Positions 1 to 7,914 of a DNA stretch of 34,014 nucleotides are shown piece after piece. The stretch comes from Deltaproteobacteria bacterium (GTDB lineage: Bacteria > Desulfobacterota > Dissulfuribacteria > Dissulfuribacterales > UBA3076). The notes beneath the pieces are model-generated. The model was not told where the DNA came from. It was given only the letters and a program-made list of their open reading frames with translations, and searched no databases. Made by a program: the position numbers and the translations under genes. Within the stretch, counting starts at the first letter, position 1. Every line of letters starts with the position of its first letter. The stretch spans positions 1-34,014 of the forward strand of contig JAUWGF010000002.1 in the NCBI GenBank assembly GCA_030606515.1, written 5' to 3'.

Positions 1-98
1 TGGAGTCCGTCTTGTGAAAGACGCTGCTGATTACCTTGCGTATATCGTAGCCGTTCACGGCTTGAAACTTGAAATTGGAAAATAGAAATTTGGGAGAG

Positions 99-218
99 AT
101 GAAACGAGTTTACGAGTTGGATGTTTACAAACTGGCAGAAGTTTTGTCAAATATGATCTGGCACGACTTTGATAAGTGGAACAAAACAGTACAAAAGCAT
201 GAAGGCGAAATTTCTAAT
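99..218 (+). pseudogene. Truncated four-helix-bundle protein gene fragment (23S rRNA intervening-sequence protein type, PF05635-like), 39 codons
   Basis: ATG at 99 is preceded by GGGAGAG. The translation is MKRVYELDVYKLAEVLSNMIWHDFDKWNKTVQKHEGEISNF*. It matches the N-terminal helix pattern (EL.VY.LA..L...IW....KW) of four-helix-bundle proteins, which are normally about 115-125 aa. The stop lies inside a short TTCTAAT tandem repeat. Confidence 0.4.
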
Positions 219-286
219 TTCTAATTTCAACGTTCCGTAATGAATCTTGTTTTGAACTTGGCGTAATAAGAACTCTCACCAATTCC

Positions 287-1150
287 ATGATAGATACAAC
301 AGCTACGCGATACATATTTAAACCATTTGCAAAAGATATCCATGTATTGGATGGATGGCAGAAATTCCTTCAGGCCTGTGGTCTTAACATATTTGAGAGT
401 TTTATCGCCCTTACAGGAGAGGTGGTTGACCAGAACAGCAGGAGCATTGTTCACAGGATAGAACTGGGAGATCCTCCAAGGACCTTTTATTTAAAGTGCC
501 ACAAGAACTATGTTAAACGGAAAGCATATACCTTTTTCAGACCAAAACCCATGATCTATACTGAACTTGAGAACATGATGCACTATGCAAGGGCAGGTTT
601 TGACGCCCTTGATCCTGTTGCCTGGGGATGGCAAAAGGACAAAGGTGACGGAAACAGTTTTCTCTTGATCGCAGACCTGACAGATTACAGGCCGCTCCAG
701 ACATATTTTGACAATGACCTTGTCATGGCGTCTGCTGAAAAGAGGCACGCGATATCCAGTGCCCTGTCTTCAGGACTTGCCGCCATACATGATGCAGGCC
801 TGGCTCATCGGGATTTCTTCACATGGCATGTATTCATCGGGCCCTCGCGGAGCGGTTATAAACTCCAGCCAATTGATTTGGAACGTTCAATAAAAAGGGG
901 AAAGATGATTTGGTCCTCTTTCTGGGTCAAAAGGAAACAGATTGACGACCTGGCCTCTCTGCACCTCACTGTGCCATGGCCTCTTGTAAATTTCAGTGAA
1001 CGAATGCGTTTCTTCCACGATTACAGAAAAAAAAGGGGAATGCCCGGGTCAGGACACAAATTTTTGAAGGCAATCCTTGAGAGGGCCAAACATAGGGGAG
1101 GCAGAAGAAAATTCAAACCCTATGGTGTGGCTGGGAAATTACGCACATGA
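287..1150 (+). CDS. Lipopolysaccharide kinase (Kdo/WaaP/InaA) family protein
   Basis: 287-aa ORF. It has a kinase-like catalytic loop (LAHRDFFTWHVFI) and a metal-binding-position motif (QPIDLERS). It is paralogous in layout to 25716..26555 (HHQDLYLCHFL, LIDLQRV). Confidence 0.7.
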   Translation: MIDTTATRYIFKPFAKDIHVLDGWQKFLQACGLNIFESFIALTGEVVDQNSRSIVHRIELGDPPRTFYLKCHKNYVKRKAYTFFRPKPMIYTELENMMHYARAGFDALDPVAWGWQKDKGDGNSFLLIADLTDYRPLQTYFDNDLVMASAEKRHAISSALSSGLAAIHDAGLAHRDFFTWHVFIGPSRSGYKLQPIDLERSIKRGKMIWSSFWVKRKQIDDLASLHLTVPWPLVNFSERMRFFHDYRKKRGMPGSGHKFLKAILERAKHRGGRRKFKPYGVAGKLRT

Positions 1151-1225
1151 AACCGGACTGGTCCGCAGCAATTATTTCATTGGTTTGACCCACGAGCCAT
1201 AAAAGCAAGTTCTTCAAAATAAGTT

Positions 1226-1246
1226 GCTATTTGTCGTGAAAATAGC
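1226..1246. terminator. AT-rich 7-bp hairpin between convergent genes; possible terminator for the minus-strand operon
   Basis: GCTATTT (1226-1232) pairs with AAATAGC (1240-1246) around a 7-nt loop. On the minus strand a T-rich run (TATTTTG) follows. The stem is weak and AT-rich. Confidence 0.2.
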
Positions 1247-1410
1247 TCATTGGGGAAACAGGTATGCAGTATAGCAACCTTGTACTGGAAATTATCAGAC
1301 TGTATTATTGGAATACCTGCCGGATAACCTTCATATGACAAATAATCATTGAAAATCAGACAGGACGAAATGGATAACGAACTTACTTTTTGGAGAAATT
1401 CAGAATTCAG

Positions 1411-2382
1411 CTATCGAAAAGCACCACGGCGGTATAATCGCCAGAAAAGTACCCCGGATGCCAGCAGTGGATGCCGTTTTAAGCGGGGACTCACCTCTAC
1501 CGTAATCCCGGAGTGCTGTTCTATCTTCCACAAAATATAATCCAATCCACCTTGGAAAGTAGTCATTCCTTTTAAAAGGCGCAAAGCTGAAAGCAGTTTG
1601 CCTTGAGGGCGTCGTACAGTCCATGCAAGCCGATTGGAAAAACGTATCCGTGCCGGGATGTTGACATGATAGCGGGTCGGATAAGAGCCGGAAGCGACCT
1701 GGACAGGAAACGGTACCGCCGTGATGGCTGCCTGTGTCAGTTGCTCGTAATATTTTATATTTGCGTCAAACAGAGCAAAGATGCTATCGAATTTTTCCGG
1801 CCGAAGTTCGCTGCAGTAGCTGAGCCAAAGTCCCTTCCTCCATAAATCTCTGGCGCAAAAACGGGAGGGCAATATAGGTAAAACACGTGTGATAAAGGTA
1901 ATAACAGAACACGCCAAGGCGTTTTGCACCTGTTGTGCAATTTGGTCATCGCGCACATACACCAACCCGGCGGGCTGAGCAAAACGTGCCCACAGGTAAG
2001 AATGAAAACACCGTCTCGATGTACCCCGCTCAAAGTCCTTGATCGAAAGGACTGCATATTTGGCCCGCACCAAACGCCCCTTGAAAGGCAGCTCAAGATA
2101 GTACACATTCGGAGGGAGCAACCTGTTTAGAAATGCCGGCCAACGTTTACGATGGGCAGAACGGTAGTTATCCACCAATAAATACAGATCGAGTAGACCT
2201 TCATTGTCCCCTTTGCGGAAACAGGAACCGTAAAACAGAATGGCCTGTATCGTCCTGCCATACCGCGCCAGAAGCTCATCAGCAAGGATATGAATTTCGG
2301 GTAAAGGCTGCTGCGAAGATTGCTGACTGATCAGGGCGATAAGCTGTGGTGAAATATGGCGTGCGTCTTTGATACAGTGCAT
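1411..2382 (-). CDS. Tam41/Mmp37-like nucleotidyltransferase (putative phosphatidate-type cytidylyltransferase)
   Basis: 323-aa ORF that starts 8 nt after the stop of the upstream CDP-alcohol transferase gene. The blocks ILFYGSCFRKG, LDLYLLVD, VYYLELPF...AKYAVLSIKDF, FHSYLWARFAQP and LSYCSELRPEK line up with my recollection of mitochondrial Tam41 (YGSGVF, D.I..V, VYFNP...KYGVVS, FYLAGRL.KP, LSY.GD.R). Confidence 0.55.
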   Translation of the reverse strand: MHCIKDARHISPQLIALISQQSSQQPLPEIHILADELLARYGRTIQAILFYGSCFRKGDNEGLLDLYLLVDNYRSAHRKRWPAFLNRLLPPNVYYLELPFKGRLVRAKYAVLSIKDFERGTSRRCFHSYLWARFAQPAGLVYVRDDQIAQQVQNALACSVITFITRVLPILPSRFCARDLWRKGLWLSYCSELRPEKFDSIFALFDANIKYYEQLTQAAITAVPFPVQVASGSYPTRYHVNIPARIRFSNRLAWTVRRPQGKLLSALRLLKGMTTFQGGLDYILWKIEQHSGITVEVSPRLKRHPLLASGVLFWRLYRRGAFR

Positions 2383-2390
2383 ATAATTAG

Positions 2391-3611
2391 CTATAAGTTC
2401 GTGGATTTTCTTGCAGTACGGTTTGTAAACAGCTTTACGCTGAGAGACGGATTATCCGCACTTAGATCAACCTCTGAAAACCAGGAATCCAGGGGACCGG
2501 AGACGATCCGTGTGCCTAAGGCTTGACCTAGTCTCATGACAAGAAGAAGGGTGGTCAACACCGTCCAAAAGGCCACAGCCACCAAACCAAGATCAGGACG
2601 ACCCAATACGGCACCTATTGACAGCAGGATCAGGTTGGGATTACGCCTGGCAGTGATCAGCCTGAAATAGGAATCAATGGGACGCCAGCAGAATATCCCG
2701 AAATTTCCCAGCCACCACCGAAATGCGCCTTCGACCAAACGTCCCCCAATATAACCGAGCACAATACTCCAGAGCACTACACATAAGGATAGCCCGGGAA
2801 TTCCGGGCTGAAACTCTCCCAGACCCAGACCCCATGCAATGTACCACAATGGCGGGTGAATCAGATCAAGGCCGTGATCGAGAATATTGCCGAAGCGGCT
2901 GGAAGTCACGGTCACGCGTGCCAACTTACCGTCAACCGTGTCTAGAAAGGTCATCAGCCAGCCCAACAGAAGGCCCCAGCCATACAGACCAAAAAAGAAT
3001 AAGACGCCGGCAGCCACGACCAAAAATACGCTGGTCCATGTCACGTGGTTCGGCAGCAGGCCATAATGGACGCACAGCCTGGTTGCCCATTTTGCCGGAT
3101 GAGGCCAGACCCATTTGGTAACTAAATCTGTAACACCCTTGTAAGCCCCGGCAAAGAGACGATTTTCCAAGGTCCGGCGATCTTGTGCTGTGACAGGAAG
3201 GACAAAAGGCGGATCAAGCTTGCGCAATTTCCTCTGATAAGAGGAGCATAGGGTTTGCGGGGATTCGGATCGAACGCCCGGGATGACAGAAGTAAAGGCA
3301 GGTCCAGATAGTGCGTCCCAAGCCTTAAGCGCCAGACCGGAGGGAACATGGGCCGCCACTGCCATGGGCCTTTGGCCTGAAGGGTCCACGAGGAGCACAT
3401 TGGAGGTTTCGACCATAGCGTTGATTACTCGATCGTCATACAAATAGTCGCCGCGCAAGAGCAATACTGAGCCCTCCGGCGGAACAGCCCCTATATCCTC
3501 TACTACATTGGTTACGCCTGTGTGCTCGAGCATGCGCTTTAAACGTTGGCGCGAGGATAATCCCCAAAGCCGTACAGGGGTCTCTTTAAAAATCAATACA
3601 TACACAGACAT
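2391..3611 (-). CDS. CDP-alcohol phosphatidyltransferase family protein with a ~170-aa N-terminal cytoplasmic domain
   Basis: Signature D-G-x2-A-R-x8-G-x3-D-x3-D is seen as DTVDGKLARVTVTSSRFGNILDHGLDLIHP. Several hydrophobic helices flank it. I chose the ATG at 3611 (MSVYVLIF...) rather than the 3704 ORF-track start. Confidence 0.8.
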   Translation of the reverse strand: MSVYVLIFKETPVRLWGLSSRQRLKRMLEHTGVTNVVEDIGAVPPEGSVLLLRGDYLYDDRVINAMVETSNVLLVDPSGQRPMAVAAHVPSGLALKAWDALSGPAFTSVIPGVRSESPQTLCSSYQRKLRKLDPPFVLPVTAQDRRTLENRLFAGAYKGVTDLVTKWVWPHPAKWATRLCVHYGLLPNHVTWTSVFLVVAAGVLFFFGLYGWGLLLGWLMTFLDTVDGKLARVTVTSSRFGNILDHGLDLIHPPLWYIAWGLGLGEFQPGIPGLSLCVVLWSIVLGYIGGRLVEGAFRWWLGNFGIFCWRPIDSYFRLITARRNPNLILLSIGAVLGRPDLGLVAVAFWTVLTTLLLVMRLGQALGTRIVSGPLDSWFSEVDLSADNPSLSVKLFTNRTARKSTNL

Positions 3612-3722
3612 AGATATGACCTCTTGTAATACCAAAAACCTTTTACAATAGCTCCACACTGAAATATATTGCGGATATACTATCTGTAAAGGCTGACGAA
3701 CCACACGAACTGATTTTCTGTA

Positions 3723-4679
3723 ATGAGCGAATCATTTATATTTGCACACCTTTCAGACCCCCATCTGACATCCCTGCGTAATATCAGGGTACGAGACCTG
3801 TTGAACAAGCGGGCGCTCGGATATCTCTCATGGCGTCTGCACCGACGCTTTGAATACCGAGGTGAGGTGCTTGCAGCCCTGGTTCGCGACTTGCACTGCA
3901 TCAGGCCGGAACACATTATCATTACCGGTGACTTGACGCATCTGGGTCTGCCATGTGAATTCCTAGAGGTCAAGAAGTGGCTGCATCTTTTGGGCCCTCC
4001 TTCACAGGTCACCGTGATTCCAGGCAATCATGACGCCTATATTGCCACCGACTGGGCCCATACCTTTGTTCACTGGTTAGAATACATGGTATCTGATGCA
4101 GGACAAGATTGTGTCGGAAAAAAGTTAGATACTCGCACACTTTTCCCCAGTCTGCGTATACGCCGCGAAACGGCTTTCATTGGGCTTTCCTCGGTACGGC
4201 CCAGCAAACCGTTTTTTGCCCTGGGCAGTGTGGGACAGATACAATTACAGAAGTTAGGACATATCCTGGCGCAGACGGGCCGTCAGGGCCTGTTTCGGAT
4301 CGTGATGATTCACCATCCTCCTCAGCCCGGCATAGTGACTTGGCGCAGACGGCTTACGGACAGCAGAGAATTACGTTTGCTTATAGCACAACAGGGTGTG
4401 GAGATGGTGTTGCACGGCCATGCCCATCGTTCCTCTATGGCATGGCTAAAGACTCCCGCAGGCCATGCCCCTGCAATTGGTGTCCCGTCCGCATCAGCGA
4501 CGAGCCGGAAGTCTGGGTATAGTGCTCAGTACAATATTTACTCCCTGAGTCAAAATGCTTATGGCTGGGAGATTACAATTGAGGTACGCGGCTATGCGCC
4601 CAAGGAAGGGCGTTTCATAGTCGAGGGCGAAAATCGACTAGCGATTCCCTGTCCGATGCCAGACCTACAGACGTCGTAA
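3723..4679 (+). CDS. Calcineurin-like metallophosphoesterase
   Basis: Motifs in canonical order: AHLSDPH, ITGDLTH, IPGNHD, MIHHPP, LHGHAH. The 3' end overlaps the lptG 3' end by 15 nt (convergent). Confidence 0.8.
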   Translation: MSESFIFAHLSDPHLTSLRNIRVRDLLNKRALGYLSWRLHRRFEYRGEVLAALVRDLHCIRPEHIIITGDLTHLGLPCEFLEVKKWLHLLGPPSQVTVIPGNHDAYIATDWAHTFVHWLEYMVSDAGQDCVGKKLDTRTLFPSLRIRRETAFIGLSSVRPSKPFFALGSVGQIQLQKLGHILAQTGRQGLFRIVMIHHPPQPGIVTWRRRLTDSRELRLLIAQQGVEMVLHGHAHRSSMAWLKTPAGHAPAIGVPSASATSRKSGYSAQYNIYSLSQNAYGWEITIEVRGYAPKEGRFIVEGENRLAIPCPMPDLQTS

Positions 4680-5729
4680 CTGCCTGAGTGCAACATATAC
4701 AATGATGGCTATAGGTGTCATTGTGGTAAGCGCCGGGGAGAGGCTGAATATCAGCCCTAAATATCCAAGGATCTGGACACCAAAATAAAAGGCTATTCCG
4801 ATGATCGAGCCCAACATTATCCTGTTTTCCGTACTTACTGAACGTGGTGACCCGAAGACGAATGGAAGCGAGAGCAAAATCATGGCTCCGGTGCTGAATG
4901 GAATACTCAATTTTTGCCATAAGGCCAATGCATAGTGCTCTGCATTTACCCCTTTTTCCCGGAGTGTCCGGACATATTGATAAAGGTCGGAAGGAGATAG
5001 GGTGTCAGGAGGAAGTGCCAGGACACTGACCTGCTTTGATGTCAAGAATGAATTCCATGTCAGGCCGTCAAACTGCTGTGTGGTTATGTCTACTTCTTTA
5101 ATAATTTTTTGATCCACGTCTTTGAGCAGCCATTGTTTGTTACCGCGGATTTCTGCCTTGCGGGCATGCATGAAGATCTTCATACGGCCTTGTGCGTCAA
5201 ATTCATAGATATCAATGTCTATCGGACCCTCCCCCTGAAGGATATCGTGAACGTGAATAAAGCGGAGACCGTCACTGGCCCAAAACCCGTGTTCCGTCGG
5301 CATTGTACCAGGTCTGGAGAGGGCAAGTAAACGTTGCATCCAGGCATACTGCGCCATTGGCGGAGCGATAAACTCTGCCAGTACTGCCACCACCAGCATG
5401 AGAAGTATGCTGGTACCGAGGACTGAGCACCAGATCCGCTGTACCGAAACACCACAGGTCTGCATGGCCGACAGTTCACTGTGGCTGGCCAGTGGCCCCA
5501 GTGCAACGATGCTCCCCAGCAAAGCGCTTACCGGCATTAGCTCCAGTACGTGCATAGGCAGTGTTAGGGCCACAAATGCAAACGCATCCTGCATTTGATA
5601 CCGTCCAGTTCCGATGTCGTCCAGTTGGCCTACAAGCTCTAAAAAACAAAACAAGGCAACCAATATGATCATGACCAAGAGACATCCTAGAACGACACTT
5701 ACGCCGATATAGCGATCAAGTATTTTCAC
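4665..5729 (-). CDS. lptG: LPS export ABC transporter permease LptG
   Basis: 354 aa with a GTG start. N-terminus is MKILDRYIG. There is a periplasmic middle domain (GFWASDGLRFIHV...IYEF). The C-terminal block WQKLSIPFSTGAMILLSLPFVFGSPRSV resembles E. coli LptG. It lies downstream of lptF, as in E. coli. Confidence 0.8.
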   Translation of the reverse strand: MKILDRYIGVSVVLGCLLVMIILVALFCFLELVGQLDDIGTGRYQMQDAFAFVALTLPMHVLELMPVSALLGSIVALGPLASHSELSAMQTCGVSVQRIWCSVLGTSILLMLVVAVLAEFIAPPMAQYAWMQRLLALSRPGTMPTEHGFWASDGLRFIHVHDILQGEGPIDIDIYEFDAQGRMKIFMHARKAEIRGNKQWLLKDVDQKIIKEVDITTQQFDGLTWNSFLTSKQVSVLALPPDTLSPSDLYQYVRTLREKGVNAEHYALALWQKLSIPFSTGAMILLSLPFVFGSPRSVSTENRIMLGSIIGIAFYFGVQILGYLGLIFSLSPALTTMTPIAIIVYVALRQLRRL

Positions 5730-5740
5730 GGTAAATCGAA

Positions 5741-5827
5741 CCGCAAAGACGCCAAGGACGCTAAGAAATACTTTATGTCAAACGACATAAGTATCTTCTT
5801 TGCGTTTAACCCCTTTGCGTACTTGGC
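5741..5827. repeat. Structured repeat-like element in the lptF-lptG spacer
   Basis: Inner hairpin: ATACTTTATGTC (5768-5779) pairs with GACATAAGTAT (5784-5794), 11 bp with one bulge. Outer arms: GCCAAGGACGC (5751-5761) pairs with GCGTACTTGGC (5817-5827), 10/11. It uses the same CAAAGAC and CCAAGG words as the element at 25619..25689. Confidence 0.45.
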
Positions 5828-5865
5828 GCGGTTTCTTTTACCACTACGGGGTATTTTCAGCGGAA

Positions 5866-6915
5866 TCAAGGTTGTTTCCATATCAGTGCCAAGAATAGAC
5901 AAGCCAACAACGCATGGATCCACCAGATACCAGGCATAGTACCCACGACCCCATGTTCTACCCAGGTTTTGGCCATCAAAATAGAGTTGTAATAAACAGC
6001 GAAGATCACTACAGCAACAGGCGTCTTGATGCACCTTCCCTGCCGCAGCGCCGTTCGGCTTAAGGGAACAGCCAGCAGCCCTAAGAGCACTGTGGAGAGA
6101 GGCATGGAGAGCCGCCACTGGAATTCTGCGATATCCTCGGGATCGTCGGAACGTGCCAATTGCATGATGGAAGCAGCTTTGGATTTATACTCCACAGGTA
6201 CTGTCTCCTCGGGCAGATGGAATATGAATTGCTTGAATTTTAAAACCTGATCGGCCTTTCTATTAAGGGCGAACTCATACCTGTACCCGTTTAAAAAAAA
6301 CAATATTCGGTCGCCGCTGGTCATATCGACTTTTTGATAGACTTGCTTTGCGTAGATGACCTGCAATGTATCGTTATGTTCATCCTGTATAAAGACTCGT
6401 TTTGCTCGACTCAGATGAGAATCGACCTTTTCTGCAAAAACAACCCGGTTTTCCTGCCCGATTGAGTGGAAACGGCCCGGTTCCATCTGGGCGATATCAA
6501 ATTTAGTTTCCGCCTGTGTCCTCAATCGATGCATTTCCTTATATGCCCAAGGACGGACAAATAAAGACAAGCATGCAATCAGCGCAGCAAAAAGCAGGCA
6601 TAAGTTTAAAACTACAAGGAATATTCGGATATTGCTCACACCGGAGACAGCCAGCGCCGTCATCTCGAAGTTTGTGTAAAGGCGTCTCATAGTCAACACA
6701 ATAGACAGATACAGGGCCATAGATAGGAGTATCTCTAGAGCTTTAACTGTCTTGAGTAGGATCAGGGATATGGCAGTGCTTCTCGGTAACTGCCCGCTCA
6801 CTGCATCAGCCAGGTAATGGGTTGCACTGTAGCTTACGAAAATAACCAGCAAAATGGCAAATATCACCACTAGGGGTTTGCTTATTTCGTGAATTATGTA
6901 ACGGTCTATGAGCAA
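5866..6915 (-). CDS. lptF: LPS export ABC transporter permease LptF
   Basis: 349 aa. N-terminus is (M)LIDRYIIHEISKP, and the layout is a 6-TM YjgP/YjgQ type with a central periplasmic domain. The only in-frame start after the upstream stop is TTG at 6915, so the start is uncertain. Confidence 0.75.
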   Translation of the reverse strand: MLIDRYIIHEISKPLVVIFAILLVIFVSYSATHYLADAVSGQLPRSTAISLILLKTVKALEILLSMALYLSIVLTMRRLYTNFEMTALAVSGVSNIRIFLVVLNLCLLFAALIACLSLFVRPWAYKEMHRLRTQAETKFDIAQMEPGRFHSIGQENRVVFAEKVDSHLSRAKRVFIQDEHNDTLQVIYAKQVYQKVDMTSGDRILFFLNGYRYEFALNRKADQVLKFKQFIFHLPEETVPVEYKSKAASIMQLARSDDPEDIAEFQWRLSMPLSTVLLGLLAVPLSRTALRQGRCIKTPVAVVIFAVYYNSILMAKTWVEHGVVGTMPGIWWIHALLACLFLALIWKQP

Positions 6916-7158
6916 GAGAGTATCCTATAAATTAATAATAGAAGAAAATGTGATATGTTGCCACAAACTTTAAAACAAGGTATCAAGATATCCCACTGAA
7001 CATCTGATAGAGCAAGAATTACATAATATGTGCCATCCTGGGGCCGCAAGTGTTGCGAGTTTAAGATAAAGAAGATATTTGTAATAGAGAAGGTGCAGCC
7101 CAAAAGATCCACAAAATCATCTAGGAAAAATGGGCCAAATTTATGGGTTTCTGAAATT

Positions 7159-7914
7159 ATGAGAGTAGTGATTTTGAGTGCGGGCCAAGGCCGAAGGCTG
7201 TTACCGCTTACCAACAATTTTCCAAAATGCATGCTGTGCATTCATGGGCGATCTTTGCTCGAATGGCAAGTAGATGAACTATTCAAATGTGGCATCGAGC
7301 AAGTGACTGTTGTTGTCGGCTACGGCGCCGATCAGGTCGAGAAACTCTTGGCCGACCGGTATAAATCGCACAAGGTGCGGACCATCTATAATCCGTTTTT
7401 CGCAGTCGCTGACAATCTGGTTTCCTGCTGGGTAGCGCGTACCGAGATGAACGAGAACTTTATTCTTTTGAACGGTGATACCTTGTTCGAAACAGCAGTG
7501 TTACAACGTCTTCTTGCTTCACAGGACCGGCCAGTGACGGTAATCACAGATCGCAAGCTTACGTATGACGCCGACGATATGAAAGTCATGCTGGACGGGG
7601 ACAGTCTCATCAGGATCGACAAGGATATTCCTCTTGATCAGGTTGATGCAGAGTCCGTTGGCATGATCTCCTTTCGTGGGAAGGGGCCAGCTTTATTTCG
7701 TGCGGTTATAGAGCAGGCCTTGCGCAAACCGCAAGGCCTCAAACAGTGGTATCTGTCCGGGATCGATGAGATGGCGCGGTCAATGCCCGTATGGACTTGC
7801 TCCATTGAGGGACTTCAATGGGTCGAGATAGATTATCCCGCCGATTTAAAAGAGGCGGAAAGGCTTGTACAAAATTGGATACCAAAACAAGATCTGTCGG
7901 CCGGTACAGGTTAG
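7159..7914 (+). CDS. Sugar- or alcohol-phosphate nucleotidyl(cytidylyl)transferase, LicC/IPCT-like
   Basis: N-terminus MRVVILSAGQGRRLLPLT carries the G-x-G-x-R-L NTP-transferase signature. LLNGDTLF and VEIDYPADL blocks are also present. I chose the ATG at 7159 instead of the 7030 ORF-track start. Confidence 0.75.
   Translation: MRVVILSAGQGRRLLPLTNNFPKCMLCIHGRSLLEWQVDELFKCGIEQVTVVVGYGADQVEKLLADRYKSHKVRTIYNPFFAVADNLVSCWVARTEMNENFILLNGDTLFETAVLQRLLASQDRPVTVITDRKLTYDADDMKVMLDGDSLIRIDKDIPLDQVDAESVGMISFRGKGPALFRAVIEQALRKPQGLKQWYLSGIDEMARSMPVWTCSIEGLQWVEIDYPADLKEAERLVQNWIPKQDLSAGTG

Noticed and set aside
1259-1319. 7-bp pairing (CAGGTAT with ATACCTG) enclosing a 5-bp inner hairpin in the 260-nt gap between convergent genes; considered as a small RNA
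   Set aside because: The stems are short with a long loop, and I found no flanking promoter or terminator signals I could support. It is compatible with chance.
5726-6118. 130-aa minus-strand ORF bridging the lptF-lptG spacer
   Set aside because: Most of it is an alternative frame of lptF. The rest is the repeat element, which translates into the LASLASLRF-type pseudo-peptide.
7030-7158. N-terminal extensions proposed by the ORF track (7030 for the NTP transferase, 3704 for the CDP-alcohol transferase, 16971, 18106, 26884, 33054, 10088)
   Set aside because: Internal starts give canonical family N-termini (for example MRVVILSAGQGRRL, KIYGAGSIGNH) and/or have a Shine-Dalgarno. The extensions overlap upstream genes or are low-complexity.
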